Assembly: GCA_965238175.1 (NCBI GenBank)
Contig: CBDEGZ010000003.1
Span: forward strand, 128,001-192,000
Length of the DNA stretch: 64,000 nt
Direction of reading: 5' to 3'
DNA from: Gammaproteobacteria bacterium
GTDB lineage: Bacteria; Pseudomonadota; Gammaproteobacteria; CAJXQU01
Shown here: piece after piece, positions 30,049 through 41,651 of the stretch
How positions within the stretch are numbered: the first letter of the stretch is position 1
How the letters are laid out: each line of letters starts with the position of its first letter
Notes under the pieces: model-generated
Database searches by the model: none
What the model saw: only the letters and a program-made list of their open reading frames with translations
Told to the model about the DNA's origin: nothing
Translations under genes and position numbers: made by a program

Positions 30049-32220
30049 TCAGGATCCCAGTTGAAAAATTAATAATGCACCGAAATAACCAATACTGGTC
30101 ATGTAAAACCAGGACATAATCGGATAACTCCATGTGCCTGTTTCGCGTCTAATCGTTGCAACTGTAGCAACACACTGTAAACAGAAAGCATAAAAAATCA
30201 TTAAACCAACCGCCATTGGAGTTGTAAAAACTATACTTCCATCAGGCCAGATAGAGGATTTTATTCGGTTGATCAAACTTGTATCTTCCTCATCAACATC
30301 ACCACCCACGGCATAAATTGTGCCTAAAACGGCTATCACGACTTCTCTTGCTGGGAAAGATGCAACAACTGCGGCGGAGACTTTCCAGTCCCAACCTAAA
30401 GGTTGAAAAGCTGGCACGATAAATTTACCTATACGTCCCAGGTAACTTTGTTCAAGATACGCTGCCGCTTCTTGATTATTTAGATCTGAAATGCGGGCCA
30501 TTTCTTGCTGCTCATCTTCTAACGGATTGATAAGTCGCTGGGCCTCAAATTGTTGGTGAACCGATTCTGGATGTGGAAAATATGCCAGCGCCCAGATCAA
30601 TACTGCCACAGTGAAAATTATCGTCCCTGCTCGTCTTAAAAATATCTTGCCGCGTTCCCATAGTTTGATCAAAACAGACGTAAAACTTGGCCATCGATAA
30701 GGAGGCATTTCCATTAAAAAGGTAGGCGCAGGTCCCCGTAACAAGGTTCTTTTAAGCAGCAAAGCGGTAATAACACCGCCCAGAATTCCAAGCAAATATA
30801 AACCAAGTAATACTAATCCCTGGAGATTGATCAGTCCTCCAAGCCAGACTTGCTTTGGTACAAATGCCGCGATTAACAATGCATAAACCGGTAATCGCGC
30901 AGAACAAGTCATAAAGGGCGCGGCCATCATCGTAGCGAGACGATCGCGTTTATCCGATATTGTCCTTGTCGCCATTACACCAGGTACTGCACAGGCGAAA
31001 CTTGATAACATTGGAATAAATGATCGCCCCGAAAGACCCGCGCTGCGCATCACACGATCGGCCATAAATGCAGCCCTTGCCATATAACCGCTATCTTCTA
31101 AAAAAATGATGAAAGCAAAAAGGATCAAAATCTGAGGTAGAAAAATGATCACACTTCCAACGCCTGCGATAATGCCATCAACCAACAAACTTCGAAGCGC
31201 ACCTTCAGGTAAATGAGATTCTAACCAACCACCAAGACCGGCTGTTGTAGCATCCATAAAATCCATCAGTGGGGCTGCCCATGCAAAAACAGATTGAAAA
31301 ACCACCGCCATCAATAGCAAAAATAAAATACTACCCATAATTGGATGACTAACTATTTGATCTATACGTTCTGTCGTACTTTTTTTATTTATTTCAGTAC
31401 TAGTTTTATCAATAGTTTCAACTTCTTCAAGCAGCGTATTGATCCATCCATATCGTGTACGTGCATCTTGCGTCGCCAGGCTTGGTCCATGAGCTAATGA
31501 AGATCGAACCTCTTTAATTTGATCCAGCACTTCTGTTCCAAACTGATCGAAAATTCTCTTTTCTGCATGGCCTTCTTGATCAATCAATGCACGCTCAACT
31601 TCATACATAGAAAGATCAAAACCCTGTACTTTAAACTTCTCTGTTAGCCTTAAGGCATTTTGACGAATTTCTGGTAAGAGATTAAGTGTAGGAATTGTTC
31701 TTACCTTCATAACATTTAATAATGCTTGTTTTAATGCATCTATTCCCTCTCCCGATGTCGCGACTATTGACAAAACTGGAACTTGGAGCTTCTCGCTCAA
31801 TGCGTCAACATCGATATGAATCCCATTCTCATGGGCAAGATCAATCATATTAAGCGCTAAAACGGCAGGTAAGCTTAACTCTAGAAGTTGACTGACAAGA
31901 TAAAGATTCCGTCGCAGGTTAGATGCGTCGGTGATTATTAAGATCATATCTGGCGATCCAACTTCAGCCACTTCACCACGTAGAACATCTAAAACCACCA
32001 TTTCATCTGGTGATTGTGCAGAAAGTGAATAGGTGCCTGGTAAATCAATCAGGCTGGCAGGAACATTTTCTAATTGAAACTGGCCAACATGTTTTTCTAC
32101 TGTCACACCAGGATAATTACCAATTTTTTGATTTAAGCCAGTTAACTGATTGAATAAAGTACTTTTGCCCGCATTAGGATTTCCAACCAGAGCGATAACC
32201 AATCCATTCCTCTCCATCAA
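30049..32220 (-). CDS. feoB: Ferrous iron transporter B
   Basis: GNPNAGKS, NYPGVTVE, DLPGTYS and PFMTCSARLPVY. Confidence 0.95.
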   Translation of the reverse strand: MMERNGLVIALVGNPNAGKSTLFNQLTGLNQKIGNYPGVTVEKHVGQFQLENVPASLIDLPGTYSLSAQSPDEMVVLDVLRGEVAEVGSPDMILIITDASNLRRNLYLVSQLLELSLPAVLALNMIDLAHENGIHIDVDALSEKLQVPVLSIVATSGEGIDALKQALLNVMKVRTIPTLNLLPEIRQNALRLTEKFKVQGFDLSMYEVERALIDQEGHAEKRIFDQFGTEVLDQIKEVRSSLAHGPSLATQDARTRYGWINTLLEEVETIDKTSTEINKKSTTERIDQIVSHPIMGSILFLLLMAVVFQSVFAWAAPLMDFMDATTAGLGGWLESHLPEGALRSLLVDGIIAGVGSVIIFLPQILILFAFIIFLEDSGYMARAAFMADRVMRSAGLSGRSFIPMLSSFACAVPGVMATRTISDKRDRLATMMAAPFMTCSARLPVYALLIAAFVPKQVWLGGLINLQGLVLLGLYLLGILGGVITALLLKRTLLRGPAPTFLMEMPPYRWPSFTSVLIKLWERGKIFLRRAGTIIFTVAVLIWALAYFPHPESVHQQFEAQRLINPLEDEQQEMARISDLNNQEAAAYLEQSYLGRIGKFIVPAFQPLGWDWKVSAAVVASFPAREVVIAVLGTIYAVGGDVDEEDTSLINRIKSSIWPDGSIVFTTPMAVGLMIFYAFCLQCVATVATIRRETGTWSYPIMSWFYMTSIGYFGALLIFQLGS

Positions 32221-32447
32221 CCCAGCTCCACAACAACCATTTTTGCTTCAGCTTTTCTCAAGGAAAGACAATAACCCATGACATGGATCTCAATTGGATC
32301 ACCCCCTGGTGCAATACGAATAATTTCCAACTCGCTGCCTTCGAGTACACCTAATTGCATTAATCTTTGCATCACAGGACCTTCTGAATTAAACCCTGTT
32401 ACTAATGCCTTTTTGTCGACTCCCAATTGGTCAAGCGTTATTTTCAT
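32217..32447 (-). CDS. feoA: Ferrous iron transport protein A
   Basis: RLMQLGVLEG...APGGDPIEI...LSLRKAEA. ATG at 32447. Confidence 0.92.
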   Translation of the reverse strand: MKITLDQLGVDKKALVTGFNSEGPVMQRLMQLGVLEGSELEIIRIAPGGDPIEIHVMGYCLSLRKAEAKMVVVELG

Positions 32448-32531
32448 TTCTTTGGTGCGTCCTGAATTACTACAATTATGGTTTGTGTAACAGAGATTAT
32501 GTAAGAGTGCATTATGCAACAATCATACGTT

Positions 32532-32550
32532 GATGTGAATCATTCTCGTT
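32532..32550 (-). promoter_or_regulatory. Putative Fur box upstream of feoAB
   Basis: AACGAGAATGATTCACATC resembles the Fur consensus and sits upstream of an iron-uptake operon. Confidence 0.6.
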
Positions 32551-32652
32551 TCCATTTCCGATTTCGTTTCTGTGTCATCTTAAACAAACGTCAATTTTCT
32601 GTCAGAAATATAGACAAACGTATCTAAACGTCGCAATATCAGTCACCGTATA

Positions 32653-33066
32653 TTGAAAAAATATAAACACTCACTGAAAACTAAGGATGGAATCATGAGT
32701 AAAAAAATAACAAATTTTGATTTCGATGAATGGATGCAGCTTGCAAAAGAAGATCCTGAATCTTTTGAACTAAAACGCACAGAGGCAATTCAAGATGTCA
32801 TCTCTGGCGCGCGCGGCCATACCAAAAACCGTTTAGAGGGCTTGCAATGGCAACTTGATCAAATGTGTCAAACCTCAAAATCTCCTATGGCAACTTGTTT
32901 GAATATCTCAAAATTGATGTGGGAAAATGTAAATGGTGAAGATGGTTTAGTCGATGTACTTAATCAACTATCTGGTAAAGCACCAGTTAAACAAAAATCG
33001 ACGAATCGGGCAGAGGTGGTAGAGTTGAAACCTAAATCTTCTGATCCATCAGAAGAAACTGGTTAA
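32653..33066 (+). CDS. DUF3135 family protein
   Basis: FDFDEWMQLAKEDPESFE...RLEGLQWQLD...SPMATC. Confidence 0.8.
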   Translation: MKKYKHSLKTKDGIMSKKITNFDFDEWMQLAKEDPESFELKRTEAIQDVISGARGHTKNRLEGLQWQLDQMCQTSKSPMATCLNISKLMWENVNGEDGLVDVLNQLSGKAPVKQKSTNRAEVVELKPKSSDPSEETG

Positions 33067-33172
33067 TTCGCTTGCATCTTTACCATTGGAAACGCTAGAA
33101 TTGCGCGCTTTCCTTTTAATGGTTGGTTAATATCAATGATATTGGATCACCCCTTAGACAGTGTACTGAATT

Positions 33173-33376
33173 ATGAAACCAGAAATACACCCACGCTACG
33201 AAGAAATATCCGTCACATGCAGCTGCGGTAGTGTGTTTAAAACACGCTCTACATTGAAAGACCCAGAATTACATATTGACGTATGTTCAGAATGCCATCC
33301 TTTCTACACAGGCAAACAGAAAATTGTTGATACGGCTGGCCGTGTTGATAAATTCCGCAAAAAATACGGAATGTGA
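33173..33376 (+). CDS. rpmE: 50S ribosomal protein L31 (Zn-binding type A)
   Basis: MKPEIHP, CSCG and [12 protein letters not shown]. Confidence 0.97.
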   Translation: MKPEIHPRYEEISVTCSCGSVFKTRSTLKDPELHIDVCSECHPFYTGKQKIVDTAGRVDKFRKKYGM

Positions 33377-33421
33377 TATTCTGTGTAAGCATTCTCTCAG
33401 GCGTGCACCATACCAAAACAT

Positions 33422-33454
33422 AAAAAAAGGCTCTTTTAATTAAGAGCCTTTTTT
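33422..33454. terminator. Bidirectional rho-independent terminator
   Basis: AAAAAAAGGCTCTT-TTAATT-AAGAGCCTTTTTT between convergent genes. Confidence 0.85.
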
Positions 33455-33477
33455 ATTACCTGCAAATTTTCCAGTCA

Positions 33478-34482
33478 CTATTCCTTATAACTATAAGCTA
33501 CCACTTTATTATTATTCATCATCGGAATTAGTACTAAGCCACTCTCACTAATATATTCATGATCGGCTGACCCTTGATCAAGATCCACTAACATTTCGGC
33601 CTGTCCTTTTTGATCGACTAATAATAATTTTCCATTCAACCAATCTGTCACCAGAAAATTACCACTTGGTATTTGTTCCACTCCATCAAGGTTACCAATA
33701 GAAGCTGATGAGCCCATTGGTGATCCAAGCTCAGAAATCTCTCTATCACTAAGTCCAACTGAAAGTAGACGACCTGGAACACTGGTAGAAAACCCTTCGC
33801 CGTCGATAAATCCCCATGTACCAATAATTAGCTTGTCATCTGCAACCGTCAAACCATTAGGTGTATCCAAATTTTCGCTGGTTAACCAAAGATTCATAAA
33901 TCCGTCTTTGATCCTGTGAATACTGTTTGTCATCATGTCTGAGACATAAATATTACCATCTTGATCAGCGGCAACATCATTAAAGAAAACGGCTGATGAA
34001 ACCGGGTAAGTTGAAACAAGCGTTGCTGTCTCCAGATCAATTTGTACCACTCTATTAACATCAGCAACAAAAAGCTGATCGCCCGCAATCGCCATTCCCG
34101 TTGGTGACCATAACGGTTTACTGAACCATTCTAATTCGAGGATCTCACCTTCTAACGACATTTTAGAAATGAAGCCTTTTTCTTCTTTTTCCATTGGGCC
34201 GCTGTTGAGATTAGATACGTATAAAACATTGCGTTTTTGATCATGAATAACAGACTCTGGGGTTTTTAGTTCATTGTCTGAACTTTCCCAAAGCTTGCTA
34301 ATACTCCCATTATCTTTCTCTGTTTGTTCTGTATTAGTTTGCATTGTCGGATCGGATACTGCTTCAACTGGAGACTGCTCAGATGTAGTCTGATCAATAC
34401 CGGCCTTTTCCGATTCTGCTTGTTCTGAACATCCAACTAAAAATAAGCTGCTCAAAATGATTAGCACCATGAATGTTTTCAT
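33478..34482 (-). CDS. SMP-30/gluconolactonase-like beta-propeller lipoprotein
   Basis: Lipobox LVGC, PESV...LYVSN, FFNDVAAD and PNGL. Confidence 0.75.
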   Translation of the reverse strand: MKTFMVLIILSSLFLVGCSEQAESEKAGIDQTTSEQSPVEAVSDPTMQTNTEQTEKDNGSISKLWESSDNELKTPESVIHDQKRNVLYVSNLNSGPMEKEEKGFISKMSLEGEILELEWFSKPLWSPTGMAIAGDQLFVADVNRVVQIDLETATLVSTYPVSSAVFFNDVAADQDGNIYVSDMMTNSIHRIKDGFMNLWLTSENLDTPNGLTVADDKLIIGTWGFIDGEGFSTSVPGRLLSVGLSDREISELGSPMGSSASIGNLDGVEQIPSGNFLVTDWLNGKLLLVDQKGQAEMLVDLDQGSADHEYISESGLVLIPMMNNNKVVAYSYKE

Positions 34483-34558
34483 GTTTTATTCCCCTTTATA
34501 TAAATTATTTAATGAAACTATAAAAAATCCGTTCTTTTTTTAAAGAATGATTTTTTAC

Positions 34559-34930
34559 TCAAAGCTCCAGATCTGACCAAACAGCAAATTCATTGCCATT
34601 AGGATCTTTAAAATGAAAACGTCGACCTCCGGGAAATAAAAATATGGCTTGTGTTATAGATCCTTTTGCACTTTCAACTTTGGATTGAGTCTGCTCCAGG
34701 TTATCACTATAAAAAACAATTAGTGAGCTGCCTTTCTGGGAAGAGGCGGATAGATCAGATCTAAAAAATCCTCCATCTACCCCTGCATTTGAAAATGCCA
34801 TGTAGTCAGGACCATAATCGGTAAATGACCAACCAAAAACAGTGCTGAAAAATTGCTTAGTCGCTTCAAAATCACTTGCATGAAGTTCAATATAATTAAT
34901 TTTTTCGTGCTTATTTTCTGGATCAGACAT
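34559..34930 (-). CDS. VOC/glyoxalase family protein
   Basis: INYIEL...[12 protein letters not shown]...[21 protein letters not shown]. Confidence 0.9.
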   Translation of the reverse strand: MSDPENKHEKINYIELHASDFEATKQFFSTVFGWSFTDYGPDYMAFSNAGVDGGFFRSDLSASSQKGSSLIVFYSDNLEQTQSKVESAKGSITQAIFLFPGGRRFHFKDPNGNEFAVWSDLEL

Positions 34931-35738
34931 CGAATAATTTTCTCAGTTTTTGACCAGGGTCTGCCGCTCTCATAAAGGCTTCTCCAACCAGAAACGTAAA
35001 CACTTCATGCCGCCGCATCATTGCAATGTCTTCCGGCGTATGGATCCCACTCTCTGTCACAATCGTCCTGTCATGCAATATATCTGGCAATAGATCTATT
35101 GTTGTTTGCAAACTGGTTTCAAATGTTCGCAAATTTCGATTATTAATTCCGATCAACGGTGTCCTTATCATTAACCCACGTTCAAGCTCTTCTCTGTCAT
35201 GCACCTCGACCAACACATCCAACCCCAGTTCAGCAGCTAGCCAAGCCAAATCCTGCATCTGCTTATCTTCGAGACAAGCAACGATCAGCAAGATGCAATC
35301 TGCCCCCATCGCTCGGGCTTCATAAACCTGATAAGGATCAATCATAAAATCTTTACGCAATACTGGAAGATTACAAGCAGCTCGAGCATCGATTAAATAT
35401 TGATCGTTTCCTTGAAAATATTTTTCGTCAGTCAAAACGGATAGACAGGTCGCACCGGCTTTCTCATATGAAAGGGCTATTTCAACGGGATCAAAATTTT
35501 CCCGGATCACGCCTTTACTCGGCGATGCTTTTTTCACTTCAGCAATCACGGCCAGTTTTCCTTCACTGATACGCTGCTTTATTGCTGTCGTAAATCCGCG
35601 AGTAGGAACTGTGTCTTTAACTTTCGATTTTATCTCGTCTAGTGAGATTCGACTTCTTCTAGCAACAATCTCTTCGGCTTTATCGAGAATAATTTTTTTC
35701 AGAATGTCAGGGGTATTGTCCAGATTCAAGGTTGTCAT
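34923..35738 (-). CDS. trpC: Indole-3-glycerol phosphate synthase
   Basis: [24 protein letters not shown] and TESGI. Confidence 0.96.
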   Translation of the reverse strand: MTTLNLDNTPDILKKIILDKAEEIVARRSRISLDEIKSKVKDTVPTRGFTTAIKQRISEGKLAVIAEVKKASPSKGVIRENFDPVEIALSYEKAGATCLSVLTDEKYFQGNDQYLIDARAACNLPVLRKDFMIDPYQVYEARAMGADCILLIVACLEDKQMQDLAWLAAELGLDVLVEVHDREELERGLMIRTPLIGINNRNLRTFETSLQTTIDLLPDILHDRTIVTESGIHTPEDIAMMRRHEVFTFLVGEAFMRAADPGQKLRKLFDV

Positions 35739-35753
35739 TACAGAGAGTCTTTA

Positions 35754-36782
35754 TCAGAATTGATTGGTTTTTTTGATCAGAGCATTTAGTTTTTGATCCG
35801 CTGCTCCACTGGCAATAGTTTCTCTCGCTTTTTCAATGCCTGTTTTCAGATCAACAGCAAGCCCCGCAACATAAATAGCCGAACCCGCATTGAGTAAAAC
35901 GATATCTAAAGCAGAGCTTTGCTCATTAGCAAGTACTGACTTCATCATCGCCAGACTAGGCTCAACATCCGTCACCGCAATCGCTGAACTACTCGCACGA
36001 GTTAAACCAAATTGTTCTGGCTCAATTGTATATTCACTAATCTCGCCGTCCTGAAGTTCAGCTACTTTGGTCGGTGCGCAAATACTGATCTCGTCCATCC
36101 CATCTTCAGAGTGAACCACCATGACATGATTACTACCGAGTTTTTGTAATACTTTTGCTAATGATAATACCCAATGATTGCTAAAAACACCGAGCACCTG
36201 ATTCGGTGCTGAAGCTGGATTTGTTAGTGGGCCTAGAAGATTGAAAACTGTACGAACACCGAGTTCTTTGCGCGGCCCAATTGCATGTTTCATTGCAGAA
36301 TGATGCATTGGCGCAAACATAAAACCAACACCAATCTCCTCAACACACTCTTTAACTTGCTCTGGTGTTAGATCTAATCTTACCCCGGCGGCTTCCAACA
36401 CATCAGCACTACCAGATTTACTTGAAACCGCTCGGTTACCATGTTTCGCGACGTGACAGCCTGCTGCCGAAGCAACAAACATACTGGTTGTCGAAATATT
36501 AAAACTATTAGAGGCATCGCCGCCGGTTCCAACGATATCAACGGTATTAGGCAGACTAGAAAGCTCAACACCTGACGCAAGTTCACGCATCACTTCTGCG
36601 GCAGCGGCAATTTCTATAACAGACTCGCCTTTCATTCGTAACCCAACTAAAAACGCGCCGATCTGTGCTTGAGTTGCTTCACCCTGCATGATGGTACGCA
36701 TAATTGATCGCATTGAATCTGGATCAAGATCTTGTTTGTTGATAAGTGCATCTACAGCGGCGGGAAGATCTAAAATTGCCAT
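35754..36782 (-). CDS. trpD: Anthranilate phosphoribosyltransferase
   Basis: DIVGTGGD, KHGNRAVSSKSGSAD and FNLLGPLTNP. Confidence 0.96.
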   Translation of the reverse strand: MAILDLPAAVDALINKQDLDPDSMRSIMRTIMQGEATQAQIGAFLVGLRMKGESVIEIAAAAEVMRELASGVELSSLPNTVDIVGTGGDASNSFNISTTSMFVASAAGCHVAKHGNRAVSSKSGSADVLEAAGVRLDLTPEQVKECVEEIGVGFMFAPMHHSAMKHAIGPRKELGVRTVFNLLGPLTNPASAPNQVLGVFSNHWVLSLAKVLQKLGSNHVMVVHSEDGMDEISICAPTKVAELQDGEISEYTIEPEQFGLTRASSSAIAVTDVEPSLAMMKSVLANEQSSALDIVLLNAGSAIYVAGLAVDLKTGIEKARETIASGAADQKLNALIKKTNQF

Positions 36783-36784
36783 GA

Positions 36785-37363
36785 CTACATCTCCAAAAAA
36801 ATTTTCAATATATCGTGACCATGCTGCGTCAAAATTGATTCTGGGTGAAATTGCACGCCGGAGATTGCATATTCTCTATGACGAAGGCCCATGATCTCAT
36901 CTAACTTTCCATCTGCAGTTTCTGTCCATGCAGTTACTTCTAAACAATCCGGCAATGTTTCCTTACTCACAACTAGAGAATGATATCGCGTTGCAGTAAA
37001 AGGATTATCCAGACCATGAAAAATATCTTCATCACTATGCAAAATCGGTGATGTTTTGCCATGCATAATCTCTCTCGCATGGATCACATCACCACCGAAT
37101 GCCTGACCAATACTTTGATGGCCAAGACAAACTCCAAGGATCGGCAACTTACCCTTGAAGCGTTTGATCGTATCGATAGAAATTCCTGCTTCATTGGGCG
37201 TACATGGACCGGGTGATATTACAATGCGATCCGGTGCCATATTTTCAATTTCGCCAACCGTGATTTGATCATTTCTAAACACGCGTACATCAGCACCTAA
37301 CTCACCCAGATATTGCACGATGTTATAAGTAAAAGAATCGTAATTATCAATCATTAATAACAT
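36785..37363 (-). CDS. trpG: Anthranilate synthase component II
   Basis: [17 protein letters not shown] and QFHPES, in the trp operon context. Confidence 0.93.
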   Translation of the reverse strand: MLLMIDNYDSFTYNIVQYLGELGADVRVFRNDQITVGEIENMAPDRIVISPGPCTPNEAGISIDTIKRFKGKLPILGVCLGHQSIGQAFGGDVIHAREIMHGKTSPILHSDEDIFHGLDNPFTATRYHSLVVSKETLPDCLEVTAWTETADGKLDEIMGLRHREYAISGVQFHPESILTQHGHDILKIFLEM

Positions 37364-37375
37364 TAATGTTCACCC

Positions 37376-38857
37376 TTATAAGCCATTTTCTGCCATTGCT
37401 ACCGCCCGAAAAACAGCGCGTGCTTTATTCATTGTTTCATTCCACTCCATTCTTGGAACAGAGTCGGCAACAACCCCAGCACCTGCTTGAATGTGTAAGG
37501 TACCATCTTTGATCACCGCCGTTCGAATTGCGATTGCGGTATCCATATTCCCCTGCCAGGAGAGATAACCGACCGCACCACCGTAGACACCGCGTTTTAA
37601 TGGTTCCAATTCATCAATAATTTCCATGGCTCTGATCTTGGGCGCACCACTTAACGTTCCGGCTGGAAAAGTCGCACGAAGAACATCTAACGCACTCTGC
37701 CCTTCGCTAATTTGTCCTATAACATTCGAGACAATATGCATAACATGCGAATAACGTTCGACGATCATTTTATCCGTTAGTTTTACGGATCCAATCTCAG
37801 CGACTCGACCGACATCGTTTCGTCCCAAATCAATCAACATTAAATGTTCAGCTAATTCTTTGGGATCTTCCAGTAATTCCTTTTCTAGTTTTTGATCGGC
37901 TTCGGTATTTTCTCCACGAGGTCTGGTTCCTGCAATCGGTCTTACCGTGACTTCGCCATCTTCTACTCGCACCAAAATTTCCGGCGATGAGCCAACGATA
38001 TGAAAATCATCCAGATCCAGAAAATACAAATAAGGTGATGGGTTCAAACAACGTAATGATCGATATAAATCCATTGGTGAAGCTTGGAAAGGAATCGACA
38101 ATCTCTGCGAAATAACCACTTGCATGGCATCGCCTTCAACAATGTACTCCTTGATTTTATCAACAGCCGCTTCAAATTTTTCTTGGGTAAAGCCAGAAAT
38201 AAAATCTTCTTCGTTGACTGTTCTCGACTCCGCAGGCGCAACTTTTTTAACATCGCCCTGTTCTAATTTTTGTACTAATTGCTCGAGTCTGGCCAAACCA
38301 TTTTCATAGGCATTACTGTCCGCCGGATTAGCATGAACAACGATCAATAATTTACCGCTGAGATTATCAAAGACTAGAACTTCATCGGACACCATCAATA
38401 AAATATCCGGGTTTCCCAAAGGATCAGGATTTGGACATTCAGACAAACGCGGTTCAATATAACGAATTGTATCGTAACCAAAATAACCGACTAATCCACC
38501 CGTAAAACGCGGTAAGCCTTCGACTTCCGGCACTACAAATTCTTTGCGGAAATTTTCGATCCAATCTAAAGGATCTTCAACCTCAAACTCTTCGATCAGT
38601 TCTCCAAGCTTCATTACCTGAATATTTTTGTCAGAAACACGCGCAACAATTTCTGCAGGCAAACCAATAATTGAATAACGTCCCCATTGTTCACCTCCCT
38701 GAACAGACTCAAACAGGTATGAATATGGACCGCTGGCAAGCTTTATATAAGCTGAAAGCGGAGTATCCAGATCAGCAAGAACTTCTCGCACTAGTGGAAT
38801 GCGATTGTAACCTTCAGCAACATAGCCTTTGAAATCTTCATTTTGCATCATGCTCAA
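37376..38857 (-). CDS. trpE: Anthranilate synthase component I
   Basis: [21 protein letters not shown] and [11 protein letters not shown]. Confidence 0.96.
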   Translation of the reverse strand: MSMMQNEDFKGYVAEGYNRIPLVREVLADLDTPLSAYIKLASGPYSYLFESVQGGEQWGRYSIIGLPAEIVARVSDKNIQVMKLGELIEEFEVEDPLDWIENFRKEFVVPEVEGLPRFTGGLVGYFGYDTIRYIEPRLSECPNPDPLGNPDILLMVSDEVLVFDNLSGKLLIVVHANPADSNAYENGLARLEQLVQKLEQGDVKKVAPAESRTVNEEDFISGFTQEKFEAAVDKIKEYIVEGDAMQVVISQRLSIPFQASPMDLYRSLRCLNPSPYLYFLDLDDFHIVGSSPEILVRVEDGEVTVRPIAGTRPRGENTEADQKLEKELLEDPKELAEHLMLIDLGRNDVGRVAEIGSVKLTDKMIVERYSHVMHIVSNVIGQISEGQSALDVLRATFPAGTLSGAPKIRAMEIIDELEPLKRGVYGGAVGYLSWQGNMDTAIAIRTAVIKDGTLHIQAGAGVVADSVPRMEWNETMNKARAVFRAVAMAENGL

Positions 38858-39523
38858 CTATGGAAATAGTTCGATCATTTCTGACAATGAATCGACCAAA
38901 AAGTCAGGGTTCGAATCTGCGATATTATTACCGTGATTATAACCGTACGTCACACAAAGGATGGGAACATTTGCAGCGCGTGCAGCGTGCAGATCATTGA
39001 CCGAATCACCCACCATTAATGTTTTTTCAGTTGTAGTTCCAAGTGTTTCCATAGCATGCAATATTTGATCAGGATCAGGTTTCTTTTTAAGCAAAGTATC
39101 ACCACTGATCACAATTGAAAAATCGTCGAGCATGCCAAGCGATTCCAAAACCGGCTCAGTAAACCGACCACGCTTATTCGTTACACACCCCAATTTGCAA
39201 CCATGCGCAAGCATATGGTCCATCCCTTCACGAACGCCAGGGTAATAGCTACTACGCTTGCTGGTATTTTGCATATAGAAATCGGAAAACAGATCAAACA
39301 TTTTCTGGAATAAAGCCTCATCCGGCTCGCCATCCATATCATCAGTAAGTGCCGCTTTAACGAGTTTTTCTGCACCTTTTCCGACCCAGGATCGGATTTT
39401 ATCTTCACCTTGCATTGGCAGATCTAATTCTTGTAAAGCTCGATCAACACTATAGGCAAGATCAGGAACGCTATCGATAAGCGTGCCGTCCAGATCAAAT
39501 AAAACTAATTCAGGCGTTTGCAT
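38858..39523 (-). CDS. gph: Phosphoglycolate phosphatase
   Basis: FDLDGTL, KKPDP and VGDSVND, between rpe and trpE. Confidence 0.93.
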   Translation of the reverse strand: MQTPELVLFDLDGTLIDSVPDLAYSVDRALQELDLPMQGEDKIRSWVGKGAEKLVKAALTDDMDGEPDEALFQKMFDLFSDFYMQNTSKRSSYYPGVREGMDHMLAHGCKLGCVTNKRGRFTEPVLESLGMLDDFSIVISGDTLLKKKPDPDQILHAMETLGTTTEKTLMVGDSVNDLHAARAANVPILCVTYGYNHGNNIADSNPDFLVDSLSEMIELFP

Positions 39524-39569
39524 CGTTTTCCCCTGAGGCCTGTTGATCTTTCATAAATATCAACAGCCC

Positions 39570-40247
39570 CTAGCAGCAGCTCAACTTTTCTAATTCTGAC
39601 CTCATTGTATCAATGGTCTTTTTATAATCATCACTACCGAAAATCGCTGAACCGGCGACAAAGGTATCTGCACCTGCTCGAGCAATTTCGCCAATATTAT
39701 CAACCTTAACACCGCCATCAATTTCCAAACGAATATCTCTACCGCTTGCGTTTATTAATGTACGTGCTTCATGTAGTTTATCCAGTGCAGAGGGAATAAA
39801 AGCCTGCCCTCCAAAGCCAGGATTAACTGACATCAAAAGAATCATGTCGACTTTATCGATTACATATTTAAGACAGTCGAGTGGTGTTGCAGGATTAAAA
39901 ACCAACCCCGCTTTACAACCAGAATCTTTAATCAATTGCAGAGAGCGATCTATATGATCACTGCCTTCTGGATGAAACGTAATATAACTTGCGCCAGCTT
40001 CGGCAAACTCATTGATCATATGATCAACCGGACGCACCATCAGATGAACATCAATCGGTGCGGTAATTCCAAAATCACGTAATGCCTGACAAATGACCGG
40101 ACCAAAAGTCAGATTCGGTACAAAATGGTTGTCCATAACATCGAAATGGACAAAGTCTGCACCAGCATCCAAAACGTCACGTACTTCTTCTCCCAAACAA
40201 GCAAAATCTGCTGACAAAATTGACGGTGCTATGACGAAATCTGACAC
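39570..40247 (-). CDS. rpe: Ribulose-phosphate 3-epimerase
   Basis: [32 protein letters not shown] and EIDGG. Confidence 0.96.
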   Translation of the reverse strand: MSDFVIAPSILSADFACLGEEVRDVLDAGADFVHFDVMDNHFVPNLTFGPVICQALRDFGITAPIDVHLMVRPVDHMINEFAEAGASYITFHPEGSDHIDRSLQLIKDSGCKAGLVFNPATPLDCLKYVIDKVDMILLMSVNPGFGGQAFIPSALDKLHEARTLINASGRDIRLEIDGGVKVDNIGEIARAGADTFVAGSAIFGSDDYKKTIDTMRSELEKLSCC

Positions 40248-40350
40248 GTGTTGTTATCTCGATAAATTCTGGACAAAAATAATGGCGCAACTTTACCTGA
40301 TCGGCAAGGTAATTGCAGCAAAATTACCTCTCTCTATCGCGTTTAAAAAT

Positions 40351-41364
40351 ATGATGTTCAAACACTATTTCCTGATCGGTCTGTTTTTTCTCCTGTCTGC
40401 ACAATTTACTGAGGCAAAGAAAGAAGAAGAAAAACTTGCGGAAACCACCGAGGAAATGCTTGAGCCAGCAGTAGAGAAACCGGATTTAGAAGAAGAGATT
40501 AGTACTCAAATCGAAAAGGCCCTGACGACAGGCGAAGCTGTTTGGCTGGGAGAAGAAGGTGCAAATTTTTTGAGTCTGTATAAATCGAATTCTTTTAAAA
40601 AGACACATGGTGGGATCTTATTTTTACACGATATAGGAGCCAATTCCGATTGGCCAAATTTGATCAAGCCTCTACGGTTGGCTTTTCCCAAAAAAGGGTG
40701 GGATACGCTATCCATACAACTACCTATGGTAAATGTCGATGCTGAAAAAACCGAATATCTAGGTCAGTTTGATGAAGCTGTCTCCAGAGTCAATGCAGGG
40801 GTTGAATTCCTGAAACAAAAAGGACTAACTAGCATCGTAATACTCGGTCATGGAATGGGTTCGATAGTCGCCATTTATGATCTGAATAAAAATCCACAAG
40901 AATCTGTTAAGGCACTAATAGCAGTGAGTCTTTCAGGTTCGGACACGATAAAACCACCATTAAAAATAGAATCACAGCCAATAGAAAATATGGCCGATCC
41001 CGCTACTATGGAAAAGCCCGACAAAAAGAAAAAAGACGAGATGAAGGAAAAAGCAGCAGAACCTACTATGGCAGAAATAGATCCAGCGGCGGAAATTCCT
41101 GAACGCGATCTATTCGCAGAAATGGCTAAAATCAGGATCCCATTCCTGGATATTTATGCACAGCAAGATCATCAAGATGTCGTAAGGGAAGCCGAAAAAC
41201 GTTCAGAAACCATAGAAGGTAATAACCAGGATTATTTCCAATGGGAAATTGAAGGCGCAGATCATTATTACCGTGGTCTTGAGGAACAGCTTCTCAAACG
41301 GCTTCGTGGCTGGTTAAAAAAACAAGTTGTCGAAAAAAAGCCTTCGATCTCTCCTAACGCATAG
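40351..41364 (+). CDS. DUF3530-like alpha/beta hydrolase fold exported protein
   Basis: Signal peptide after the ATG at 40351, LFLHD...DWP...LR...GWDTLSIQLP, LGHGMG and LRGWL. Confidence 0.7.
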   Translation: MMFKHYFLIGLFFLLSAQFTEAKKEEEKLAETTEEMLEPAVEKPDLEEEISTQIEKALTTGEAVWLGEEGANFLSLYKSNSFKKTHGGILFLHDIGANSDWPNLIKPLRLAFPKKGWDTLSIQLPMVNVDAEKTEYLGQFDEAVSRVNAGVEFLKQKGLTSIVILGHGMGSIVAIYDLNKNPQESVKALIAVSLSGSDTIKPPLKIESQPIENMADPATMEKPDKKKKDEMKEKAAEPTMAEIDPAAEIPERDLFAEMAKIRIPFLDIYAQQDHQDVVREAEKRSETIEGNNQDYFQWEIEGADHYYRGLEEQLLKRLRGWLKKQVVEKKPSISPNA

Positions 41365-41479
41365 GTTCTGACAAAATACTAAGGGATCCATATATTTTTT
41401 TGAATGGCGTTTATTATGAAACGTTTGAGCCAACATGGGTTTTCTCAGTTTGAATAGAACATCCACATCACATCTTTTA

Positions 41480-41651
41480 CCAAAAAAGCACACTGCCTTG
41501 GGTAGTTATGCTGAAGTTTCTATGAATAACAAACCCGAATAGAAATCCAGCAAGCATGCTAGCAAAATTCGTTATTGAGATCGAAACAGAAAACTTTAAA
41601 AATAAAAATACCGGATATAGCAAATCGTTTTAGATAGCTAAAATTATTCAA
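41480..41651 (-). pseudogene. Possible GtrA-like flippase remnant
   Basis: A TTG overlapping the upstream stop gives MNNFSYLKRFAISGIF. Another frame gives SITNFASMLAGFLFGFVIHRNF. Both resemble GtrA segments, and the sequence is broken. Confidence 0.3.

Noticed and set aside
40093-40350. N-terminal extension of the 423-aa ORF
   Set aside because: It overlaps rpe antisense. A signal peptide follows the ATG at 40351, which is the more plausible start.
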